From the NCBI RefSeq assembly GCF_006345805.1, contig NW_021824177.1, positions 1-20,577 on the forward strand: a DNA stretch of 20,577 nt, written 5' to 3'. How positions within the stretch are numbered: the stretch's first letter is position 1; each line of letters opens with the position of its first letter. The stretch comes from Octopus sinensis (Eukaryota). The position numbers and the translations under genes were made by a program. Below, one piece after another: positions 1-9,734 of the stretch. The notes beneath the pieces are model-generated. The model searched no databases and was not told the origin of the DNA. It saw nothing but the letters and a program-made list of their open reading frames with translations.

Positions 1-109
1 TAAGTTACGCGGACCGGGTATCAGGCGACAGTGGGTGGACACAAACACAGACACTAAAGACACACGCACACATAAAAATACATACATACATACATACATA
101 CATATATGT

Positions 110-149
<40 letters not shown>

Positions 150-214
150 AATATATATGTATGTATGTATATTTATGTACATGTCTATATATATGTATGT
201 GCATATATATATAT

Positions 215-260
<46 letters not shown>

Positions 261-419
261 TACTCGACGGACTTCTTTTAGTTTCCGTCTGATAAATCCA
301 CTCAACAAGTGTTTGGTAGGTCCGAAGCTATAGTAGAAAACATCTGCCAAGATGGCACGCAGTGGAACTGAACCCAGAAACATGTGGTTTGTGAGTAAGC
401 TTCTTGCCACATAGCCACG
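1..419 (-). mobile_element. tRNA-derived SINE, family A, bipartite with internal (TA)n/(TG)n tract; runs off the window start
   Basis: 263-419 is the reverse complement of the head/body at 2371-2533; 1-60 (taagttacgcggac...ggacacaaacacagacac) is a diverged reverse complement of the post-microsatellite segment at ~2630-2705; microsatellite at ~60-262 lies in the same internal position. Confidence 0.8.
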
Positions 420-591
420 TATATATTTTTATTACTAATTAGCAGAGACCAGAAAGGGAGTCAAGAGCCAACAGGTTAGTGCAGTGACACTTATCAATCT
501 AGTTTGAAACTAGTTGCAGATTTGAAAAGTGTCCTTGAAACACTCTGTGGCTTCTGCTTAATATAAATAAAACTATACATACAACATATGA

Positions 592-605
592 ATGTGTATG
601 TGTTG

Positions 606-679
<74 letters not shown>

Positions 680-905
680 CTATGTGTGTGTGTGCGTACA
701 CACATAACTATATGTATATGTATATACATATCTCTCTCTATATATATACATACATATGCATGTGTGTATGTATATATATATATATATATATATATACATG
801 CATGCATGTGTATACTTACGTATATTTATATGTATATGCATATATATGTGTGTGTATATATATAACGTTTATATATATAATATATATATGTGGTGTGTGT
901 GATAC

Positions 906-955
<50 letters not shown>

Positions 956-980
956 GTATATATATATGTATGAATATAAA

Positions 981-1013
<33 letters not shown>

Positions 1014-1190
1014 GATACGTAAGTATTCGTGTGTGTATGTAGATTTACCGTACAACTGTGCGCATACCGTGTATATGCATACACATCCATATGTATATGT
1101 ACGTATGTATCTTTACACATATATGATTGTGTGTTTATATATATATATATATATATATATATGCATGTATATATGTATGTATGTATGTAT
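592..1190. repeat. compound (TA)n/(TG)n/(CA)n/(TATG)n microsatellite field
   Basis: Directly visible simple repeats; source of several spurious ORFs. Confidence 0.95.
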
Positions 1191-1498
1191 AAAGTACAAG
1201 TTGTTAGCCTGTTGTCTGCATTAATCCATCGTCTGATTCGTTTCCGCCGACAACATTAACAAACCGTGACTGTATAAGCAAAGGTCACCAGTCTCACCTA
1301 CCTAACCCAGTTATTATAACACACGAACACCAGAGAATGTGCAGTAACAGCAACACCGGAGAAGTCTCTAAGTGTTCAATTGACATACGACTCCAAGTGA
1401 CACACTTTAAATCGACAATGTTCTTCTCATAGTATCTTCACTGGTTACCCTTTGCATTCTATCTGATAGGCGTTATAAGACGCCATTATAGTTGCCTA

Positions 1499-1729
1499 TT
1501 TCTTTACTACCTACAAGGGGCTAAACACAGAGAGTACTAACAAGGACAGACAAACGGATTAAGTCGATTGTATCGACTCCAGTGTGTGACTGGTACTTAA
1601 TTTATCGACCCCGAAAGGATGAAAGGCAAAGTCAACTACGGCGGAATTTGAACTCAGAATGCTGCGGCGGACAAAATACCGCTAAGTATTTTGCTCGGCG
1701 TGCTATCGTTTCTGACAGCTGACTGCCTT
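1499..1729 (-). mobile_element. SINE, family B (3' tail type 1)
   Basis: Reverse complement aligns end to end with 14861-15088, including B-box-like GAGTTCAAATTCC, body GCCTTTCATCCTTTCGGGGTCGATAAATTAAGTACCAG and tail TGTCCTTGTT...CCCCTTGT. Confidence 0.85.
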
Positions 1730-1939
1730 TCATTAAATTTGCCTGCAGTTTAAATGTTTACCAAGATTAACAGAGTTCTCAAAACCTGATAATTACGGAA
1801 TAAATACTACAGATCTGTTGAAATTTCACTTAATCTACCTGGAGTGATAAATCATTATATATTTTCTAGAAGGACGGTGGGCAAAGTTAAATTTAGAGGT
1901 ATTTCCATTCTGTGTCTAAACAGACAGAATAAAATTCCA

Positions 1940-1990
1940 TGGTTGTGTGGTTATGAAGCTTGTTTTGCAACCATTGTTTCGAGTTCAATA
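1940..1990 (+). mobile_element. degraded family A SINE head fragment
   Basis: tggttgtgtggttatgaagcttgttttgcaacca...gagttcaat resembles the A-box to B-box segment at 2381-2433. Confidence 0.5.
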
Positions 1991-2152
1991 TTCTGGAGGA
2001 GATTAAAGTAATTACCAGTCGAAACGCAATTGATTAGAGAATATGTTACACGTTTCTGGCATCTAATCCTTAGTTTCTGAAAGCTCTGACAGACGTAGTA
2101 ATCTTTTGTGAATCTAGCTAGCAAGATGGTGAATTATAAAACGCATATCAAA

Positions 2153-2304
2153 AGGAGGGCAAGATGAAATTACCGAAAAGTCTATGGAGGGCAAGTGTAT
2201 GGAGGGCAAGAAGTGTACAGAGGGCAACATGAAACTACCGAAAATTCTATGAAGTTTATAGAGGACAAGATGAAAGCAACGAAAATTCTGTGAGAAGTGT
2301 ATAG
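2153..2304 (+). repeat. degenerate minisatellite, ~40-43 bp unit (agagggcaagatgaaactaccgaaaattctatg..aagtgtat) with partial units
   Basis: gagggcaa occurs four times plus a gaggacaa variant; atgaaa...cgaaaa.tct.tg occurs three times. Confidence 0.75.
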
Positions 2305-2370
2305 CCTTTAAGACGGAAGTTACTGAAGCTTTTTTTGATTTGATGAAGCAAGTATGGCCAAGTGAACGTA

Positions 2371-2541
2371 GGCGTCGGAGTGGCTGTGTGGTAAGTTGCT
2401 TGCTTACGAACCACATAGTTCCGGGTTCAGTCCCACTGCGTGGCGCCTTGGGCAAGTGTCTTCTACTATAGCCTCGGGCTGACCAAAGCCTTGTGAGTGG
2501 ATTTGGTAGACGGAAACTGAAAAGAAGCCGTCCTATATTTG

Positions 2542-2573
<32 letters not shown>

Positions 2574-2831
2574 GTGTGTGTGTGTGTGTGTGTGTGCGTG
2601 TGTGTGTGTGTATGTATGTATGAGTGTATGTGTTTGTGTGTCTGTGTTTGTCCCCCAACATCGCTTGACAACCGATGGCTGATGTGTTTACGTCCACGTA
2701 ACTTAGCGGTTCGGCAAAGAGACCGATAGAATAAGTACTAGTCTTACAAAGAATAAGTTCTGGGGTCGATTTGCTCGACTAAAGGCGGTGCTCCAGCATG
2801 GCCACATTCAAATGACTGAAACAAGTAAAGA
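2371..2831 (+). mobile_element. full-length tRNA-derived SINE, family A, with internal microsatellite
   Basis: Pol III A-box-like TGGCTGTGTGG (2381-2391), B-box-like GGTTCAGTCC (2424-2433), CCTTGGGCAAG motif, internal (TA)n(TG)n at ~2542-2620, 3' segment ending ggcggtgctccagcatggcc...tgactgaaacaagtaaag; several other copies in the window. Confidence 0.85.
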
Positions 2832-2936
2832 TTCCTTGATACAACTATCATTTGCGCTATTGTTGAGTTTGTTAATATTTTTGTTAGGTGTTCAAGGTAC
2901 TTAAGGATAGCTGGTGGTTTTAAACAGGACGATGAA

Positions 2937-3190
2937 TGAAGCGCAATGGCGCAATGGCCTAGTGGTTAGGGCAGCGGACTTGCGTCGGAGGATCGCGGTT
3001 TCGATTCCCAGACCGGGGTTTTGTGTGTGTTTATTGAGCGAAAAAAACCTAAAAGCTCCACGGGGCTCCGGCAGGGGATGGTGGGTGATCCTGCTGTACT
3101 CTTTACCACTCTAAAAGGCGGTGCTCCAGCATGGCCGCAGTCAAAATGACTGAAACAAGTACAAAAAAAAAAAAAAAAAAAAAAAAAAAA
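2937..3190 (+). mobile_element. chimeric SINE: family C tRNA head + family A 3' tail + poly(A)
   Basis: A-box TGGCCTAGTGG (2955-2965), B-box-like GGTTTCGATTCCC (2997-3009); 2937-3110 matches the 5' half of the SINE at 14078-14390(-); 3111-3161 matches 2779-2827; A28 at 3163-3190. Confidence 0.8.
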
Positions 3191-3342
3191 GCCTACCACC
3201 TAAAAAAACAGGGATAGGGAATACACCCGTGCACACCTACACATTACTTCTATTACCCCGATTGACGCTGCAATTGTTTTCGTTTCAGCACACGATCTCA
3301 GATCAAATCACTTGCTATGCGAGTACATCTCCATATATATAT

Positions 3343-3413
<71 letters not shown>

Positions 3414-3489
3414 GTATATATATATATATATATTATGTGTGGTGTGTGTGTCGTGTGCGTGTGCGTGTGTGGTGTGTATGTAATGTATG

Positions 3490-3695
3490 AGTGTATGTGT
3501 TTGTGTGCTGTGTTTGTGTCCCCCAACATCGCTTGACAACCGATGCTGATGTGTTTACGTCACGTACCTTAGGGTTCTGCAAAGAGACCGATAGAATAAG
3601 TACTAGTCTTACAAGAATAAGTTCTGGGGTCGATTTGCTCGACTAAAGGCGGTGCTCCAGCATGGCCACATTCAAATGACTGAAACAAGTAAAGA
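3490..3695 (+). mobile_element. family A SINE 3' segment (duplicated copy)
   Basis: Near-identical to 2622-2831. Confidence 0.8.
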
Positions 3696-3805
3696 TTCCT
3701 TGATACAACTATCATTGCTGCTATTGTTGAGATTCTTGTTAATTATTTTTGTTAGTTGTTCAAGGCACTTAAGGAATAGCTGGTGGTTTTAAACAGGACG
3801 ATGAA

Positions 3806-4060
3806 TGAAGCGCAATGGCGCAATGGCCTAGTGGTTAGGGCAGCGGACTTGCGGTCGGAGGATCGCGGTTTCGATTCCCAGACCGGGCGTTGTGTGTGTT
3901 TATTGAGCGAAAAAACACCTAAAAGCTCCACGAGGCTCCGGCAGGGGATGGTGGTGATCCCTGCTGTACTCTTTCACCACTCTAAAAGGCGGTGCTCCAG
4001 CATGGCCGCAGTCAAAATGACTGAAACAAGTACAAAAAAAAAAAAAAAAAAAAAAAAAAA
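3806..4060 (+). mobile_element. chimeric C/A SINE, second (duplicated) copy
   Basis: Near-identical to 2937-3190; A27 at 4034-4060. Confidence 0.8.
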
Positions 4061-4232
4061 GCCTACCACCTAAAAAAACAGGGATAGGGAATACACCCGT
4101 GCACAACTACACATTACTCTATACCCCGATTGACGCTGCTTGTTTTCGTTTCAGCACACGATCTCAGATCAAATCACTTGCTATTCGAGTACATCTCCAT
4201 ATATATTATATATATTCTTATCTATTATAATA

Positions 4233-4266
<34 letters not shown>

Positions 4267-4355
4267 TATCTATATAAATTATAAATATATATATATATAT
4301 GTAATATATGTATATGTATATATGTGGTGTGTGTGTGTGTGTGTGTGTGTGTGTG

Positions 4356-4788
4356 GTGTACATTTAAACACAAGAGAAAACTGCCTTCAACAGGCAGTTT
4401 TTACACGCTAGAAGAAGTAGTCAAAACGACCTAAACCACATCTAAGAGCAATCTTCAAAAGGAATGAAAATAAAAACTTTAACCTTGTTATTTTATTCCG
4501 GTCAGACCTAAGTTTCTAATTTTCTTTTTAGTAAATAAAATAAAATAATTTGATCGAAATAAAATAACAAAGTGAACATTTTTATTTTTCATTCCTTTTC
4601 AAGATTGCTCTTAAATGTGGCTTTGGTCGTTTTGACTACTCCTTCTAGCGTGTAAAACCTGCCTGTTGAAAGCAGATTTTTCTTGTGTTCAAATGTACAC
4701 TATTTTATTTTTGAGAATATGTTGTCTATTCACTTTTTATACATGCTAGGCCACTAGTGGTGAATTTTGAAAAATAAATCACCACCCT
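4356..4788. mobile_element. foldback/MITE-like element with ~150-bp inverted arms (4356-4506 / 4549-4700); outer extent uncertain
   Basis: gtgtacatttaaacacaagagaaaactgccttcaacaggcag... is a diverged reverse complement of ...ctgcctgttgaaagcagatttttcttgtgttcaaatgtacac; AT-rich ~42-bp spacer; the right side continues to a hairpin-containing end (...caccaccct) abutting (TA)n. Confidence 0.75.
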
Positions 4789-5286
4789 ATTTATATATAA
4801 TATATATATTATATTTATATATATATATATTATATATAATATATATATATTATATATATATATAAAATTGATGACAAAGTGAACTCAGTGATAAAAAACC
4901 TACAGGATGGAGAAGAACATACTACCACCCTTTTCTTAATGACGAAATTAACCTCTCTGTCTATATATCTACCCTCTGTAATGTTGGCAAATGAAATAAG
5001 TATAAAAATGTGCATTGTCAGTTTAATTAAAAAATCCTATATGTGGCTGAAGATTGCTCGACATTTTAAAATGTAATACTTACATTGTTTAATAAAATGA
5101 AGTAGCATGAAACGATTGTACTACACTACATTGGATAACCTTGTTGCTTATTTTGATTATAATCACCCCATTTGCGTTTATGGATAATACGATACAAAAT
5201 TCTGGTGCCATTAACTTAAGTACCATATTCATCTGAATCTAAATTTTGCTGAACTTATACACACACAAACACACACACACACATAT

Positions 5287-5329
5287 ATGTATGTATTTAT
5301 GTATGTATGTATGTATGTATGTATGTATG

Positions 5330-5361
<32 letters not shown>

Positions 5362-5431
5362 TGTATGCATGTATGTATGTATGTATGTATGCATGTATGT
5401 ATGTACGTATGTATGTATGCATGTATGTATG

Positions 5432-5463
<32 letters not shown>

Positions 5464-5535
5464 TGTATGTATGTATGTATGTATGTATGTACGTATGTAT
5501 GTATGCATGTATGTATGTATATGTATGTATGTATG
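5287..5535 (+). repeat. (TATG)n microsatellite
   Basis: Directly visible. Confidence 0.95.
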
Positions 5536-5860
5536 TCCTTTTCCACGTTTTTAATTTAGAATAAATTTTGACTGGACATCTACTTGCTAGGAAGTTTATG
5601 AAAGAAGGTATTACATAAGCAATAAGATGAATACAAATCCGTCTGGAGCAAGGTACGACTGAAATGCGATTCTTAGGGAGAGAAAGCAAACCCTTAATTC
5701 AAATACTACAAATGATTTCGATATCTTGGGCCATAACAATCTGTAAGACCTTCTTAAGATCTAAAGGATGATGGTTATAACAGGATGCTTTCTTTCATAA
5801 ACTTCCTAGCAAGTAGATGTCCAGTCAAAATTTATTCTAAATTAAAAAAGTGGAAAAGGA
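5536..5860. mobile_element. inverted-repeat element: 71-bp arms (5536-5606 / 5790-5860), 183-bp spacer
   Basis: tccttttccacgtttttaatttagaataaattttgactggacatctacttgctaggaagtttatgaaagaa versus its reverse complement on the right; one mismatch by eye. Confidence 0.75.
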
Positions 5861-6419
5861 CATACATACATACATATACATACATACATACATACATACA
5901 TACATAAATACATACATACATACATACATACATAAATACATACATACATACATACATACATACATACATACATAAATACATACATACATAAATACATACA
6001 TACATACATACATACATACATACATACATAAATACATACATACATACATACATAAATACATACATACATACATACATACATAAATACATACATACATAAA
6101 TACATACATACATACATACATACATAAATACATAAATACATACATACATAAATACATACATACATACATAAATACATACATACATATACATACATACATA
6201 CATACATACATAACATAAATACATACTACATACATACATACATACATACATACATACATACATACATACATACATAAATACATACATACATACATACATA
6301 AATACATACATACATACATAAATACATACATACATAAATACATACATACATAAATACATACATACATACATACATACATACATACATACATACATACATA
6401 CATACATACATACATACAT
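5861..6419 (+). repeat. (CATA)n microsatellite with interspersed AATA variants
   Basis: Directly visible, ~560 bp. Confidence 0.95.
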
Positions 6420-7079
6420 TCAATAATAATAGGGTTTGAGCTGAAAATGTACCTTGGGTACGGGATTTGCAAACTTCTTTTTCTCTTCCTTCTCATGTAT
6501 TTTTTTAACCACCCAAGTGTGCAGGGGGCAGCTGATTTCCATAACAGAAAAAAATAGTTTCTGATGCAAGCATGTATGTATATATATGCTTATATATGTA
6601 AAAAGTAAAAAATATATACAAACTGGGACAAGAACGTGAAACACCTAGAAGATGACACAAGAACCACAGGACGGGACATTCGAAGCCCTCAGTCATCAGT
6701 CAAGAACCGGATCATCTTCGCAATTTCGGCTGATTAATCTTGAGATTGCTCCGACCTGGGCAGCCCCCCAAGGGAAATCTAAGCCAAGCGCATTAGATCC
6801 CTTGGAAGAAAGCTTCGAATGTATACAACACAAGGACGGAAAACGGACGATGTTACACGAATAAAAATACAAAAATACGTGAAAACAATAAGGAAAGCAC
6901 GAATAAGAATACAAATACGTAAAACCAATAATGGTAAGGATAAAAACAAAACCAGGACGTAGGACAAGGGTCTTTCGACAGGACGAGTTGAGTTTGGGGC
7001 TGGCTTGTAGAGTTGTGTCTTATGGCCACGGGAGACAAACAAAAACGTGTTGCTACAACGACTGCTGGATGAATATGCT

Positions 7080-7111
<32 letters not shown>

Positions 7112-8145
7112 TGTATGTATGTATTGTATGTATGTATGTATGTATGCATGCATGTATGTATAGTTCAGATGTAAACCTGTAGCTGTGAATAATGGGAAGA
7201 AAAAATATTACTCGATGACTAAAGTAGAATTACGTAAGGTACTGAGAATTTTAAACATCTCAAATCGTTACTCACAGTATCTCATTCCCTATATTAGAGC
7301 GATTATTAAAAATAGGACACTAAAATTGGCATGGAGAGAGCATACAGTTAATAAATTGTGAATATTATACTTCCCGTTAGGTGGTTGACAAGAAATAACA
7401 AGGTTAAATTATTGCTAACCAATGTTACCGCAGTTTGAAAACAGGAGCGTCACTTATAGTAGCTTCGATAAAAATAAATATTCAGGTATTTTGAGAAATA
7501 TTAAACACGCTTTGAAATGCTTGTGGCAACCTTGTTTTCAGATTTCTTAAATGGAAAATTTGAATTTTAAATCAATTTTCAATGAGGTTGATATAATTTC
7601 TGGAAACACCAATGTTTTTAGCATAATACATACGCCTTTAGCATAATATACTAGCTTTTGTAATATGCATTTATTGTTAAGTAGGGAAAGGGAGTGACTA
7701 CATTATTACTGTTAATATCATTGTTGCTGAACATGTTTCTAGAATTAAGACGGTTAACCGAAATGGAAAGCTGTTTCAGTAATTGCTAACGATAATTGTA
7801 TTTCAGTTAATGAGCTTAAGGTATCTATGATATACTGGGAAATGCAAGAAGAGTGAGCTTTAGAAGCCTCTAGCGATACATGAATGGGTATTTTTTTATA
7901 AGCTGAAAGCAATCACATATTTCTTGGTTTACTTTGCAAACATAATTACTTTGTCGTGCAATATTGATATTCCTTTTTTTTCCGGTAATAACATATATAT
8001 GAATTTAAGAAATTTAAATAAAGACGCAGTGTTTATCGCCACATCAAATGGTTGTTCGAAGTTGCAAATATATTTAAATAAAGCGATGTAGGGGGGAGAA
8101 ATACAGATACACAACATACACACACACACATCTATATACATATAT

Positions 8146-8283
8146 ACGACGGGCTTCTTTCAGTTTCCGTCTACCAAACCCACTCACAAGGCTTTGGTCG
8201 GCCCGAAGCTATAGTAGAAGACACTTGCCCAAGGTGCCACGCAGTGGGACTGAACCCGGAACGACACAGCCCCTCCTGCGCCG
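8146..8283 (-). mobile_element. family A SINE head/body with internal deletion
   Basis: Reverse complement of ~2371-2533 lacking the segment between the A and B boxes (cccggaac joined to acacagcc). Confidence 0.85.
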
Positions 8284-8311
8284 CCTTTTAAAAAACAAAG
8301 ACATGCCTGAT

Positions 8312-8392
8312 AATGGTTTCAAATTTTTGCACAGGGCCTGCATTTTTTGTGGGAGGGAGAGTCGATTACATCGGCCCCAGTATTCAACTGGT
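8312..8392 (-). mobile_element. family B SINE 3' fragment (tail type 2-like)
   Basis: gcacagggcctg...agtcgattacatcggccccagtattcaactggt parallels 8809-8872. Confidence 0.65.
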
Positions 8393-8394
8393 CA

Positions 8395-8453
8395 TAATAA
8401 TAATAATAATAATATAATAATAATAATAATAATAATAATTATAATAATAATAA
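8395..8453 (+). repeat. (TAA)n microsatellite
   Basis: Directly visible. Confidence 0.95.
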
Positions 8454-8723
8454 TCATTGTAGGTGCCCTAGATATGATAAAAAAGGGATATCAGAAACAT
8501 CTGGATAATATCCCAGGAGAACCACCTCTCAGAGAAATCCAAAAGTTTATACTGACAAGTACTGCCCACACCCTTATAAAAACCCCTATCTTGTGTAGTA
8601 TTACATGAAGATATTCCGCTACTTTCCCTCTCCTACATTTCAGTCATACTGTAATATCTCTTGTCTTTCACTCGCCCTAGAACACTGGGTGTGTCTTGGC
8701 AAGTCACTGTAACAAACATGAAG

Positions 8724-8724
<1 letters not shown>
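8453..8724 (+). mobile_element. 3'-terminal fragment of an R4/Dong-like non-LTR retrotransposon
   Basis: Encodes IIVGALDMIKKGYQKHLDNIPGEPPLREIQKFILTSTAHTLIK, matching the R4/Dong C-terminal pattern (IVGALG...IQK..L..TA..L); short 3' UTR then (TAA)n. Confidence 0.7.

Positions 8725-8794
<70 letters not shown>
8725..8794 (+). repeat. (TAA)n microsatellite
   Basis: Directly visible, pure array. Confidence 0.95.
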
Positions 8795-9007
8795 CCTTTC
8801 TGCTATAGGCACAAGGCCTGAAATTTTGGGAGAGGGGCTAGTCAATTACATCGACGCTAGTACTCAACTAGTACTTATTTCATCGATCGGCGTAAGGATA
8901 AAAAGCAAAGTTACCCACGACAGAATTTCAGATTAGAACATAAAGACGGGCGAAACACCTCAAAGCAAATTTTCCAGCATGCTAACAATTCCGCCAGTTG
9001 GCCGCTT
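8795..9007 (-). mobile_element. family B SINE (3' tail type 2)
   Basis: Head and body homologous to 1560-1729 and 14861-15020; distinct tail (cctttctgctataggcacaaggcctgaaattttggg on +). Confidence 0.8.
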
Positions 9008-9023
9008 TTATTTTTTAACCGTA

Positions 9024-9190
9024 ATTCTTTCTAATTTTGGTAGAATGCCTGTAATTCTAAGGTGAATGAGTATCGATTACATCGATCTTGTCGATCAACT
9101 GGTACTTATTTTATCGACCCAGAAGGATTAAAAAGTAAATTTAACCTAGGCGGGATTTGAACACAGAACATGAAACGATGTAAGAAATAT
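9024..9190 (-). mobile_element. degraded family B SINE
   Basis: tcgattacatcga...ctggtacttattttatcgaccc-agaagga...aaagt...ggcgggatttgaa matches the family B body. Confidence 0.7.
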
Positions 9191-9703
9191 ATACACTTAG
9201 GAGATGCAGTATCATTATTGGCGTAAAATAGTTAAAGATGGCGTGTATATGAATATATACACATACATACACACCCATATATATATTATATATATATATA
9301 TATATATACACGCACATAAAAGGCATACATCTGTAATATGTGCTTAGTAGTAAAATTAGTAGTAATAGTAAAAAGTGTACATATCTGTGTATGTGTGCGT
9401 GTGTGTGTGTGTGTGTGTGTAATCTAATCTCTATAATTGAATAATCTATACCTAGAAACCTATCAAATGCTATTTGTTCCGTCTTTAGGAATACTTTAAA
9501 GTGCACACACACAGAATATATATACATACGTGCATACATATATGTATATATATATATATATATATACATAAGCATACACACACACATGCACACACGCATG
9601 TACAAACACTCATATACAGAGATACAAACAGATACGCACACGCAAAGACCCTCTCTCACACACACACGGAGATAGACATATATATTCACAAATATACATG
9701 CAT

Positions 9704-9734
<31 letters not shown>

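Larger units (their letters stand above)
2542..4198 (+). repeat. tandem duplication, two copies of an ~870-bp unit (~2542-3332 and ~3333-4198)
   Basis: Homologous positions offset by ~869 bp (ORFs 2914 and 3783 both begin MVLNRTMNEAQWRNG); both units end gagtacatctccatatat. Confidence 0.92.

Noticed and set aside
54-1259. Long ORFs rich in YI/CV/HT repeats (also at 5229-6496, 9141-9782, 13215-13700, 16888-17922, 19865-20563)
   Set aside because: Translations of stop-free microsatellites; no protein-like composition.
2153-2304. CRISPR-like array
   Set aside because: Eukaryotic context, contiguous degenerate units, no unique spacers and no cas genes.
2114-2671. 185-aa minus-strand ORF
   Set aside because: Runs antisense through a SINE, a microsatellite and a minisatellite; no domain.
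2941-3015. Possible tRNA gene (also at 2371-2445 and 14315-14390)
   Set aside because: A/B boxes are present, but there is no convincing acceptor stem and each continues into a SINE body and tail.
5700-5790. Possible GIY-YIG C-terminal remnant (FDILGHNNL*DLLKI*) and hammerhead-like ctggagc...gaaa at 5643-5664 in the spacer
   Set aside because: Too short, interrupted by stops, and the core does not match CUGANGA.
6670-6710. Minus-strand CTGATGA as a hammerhead core
   Set aside because: Followed by GAAT rather than GAAA and no consistent stems.
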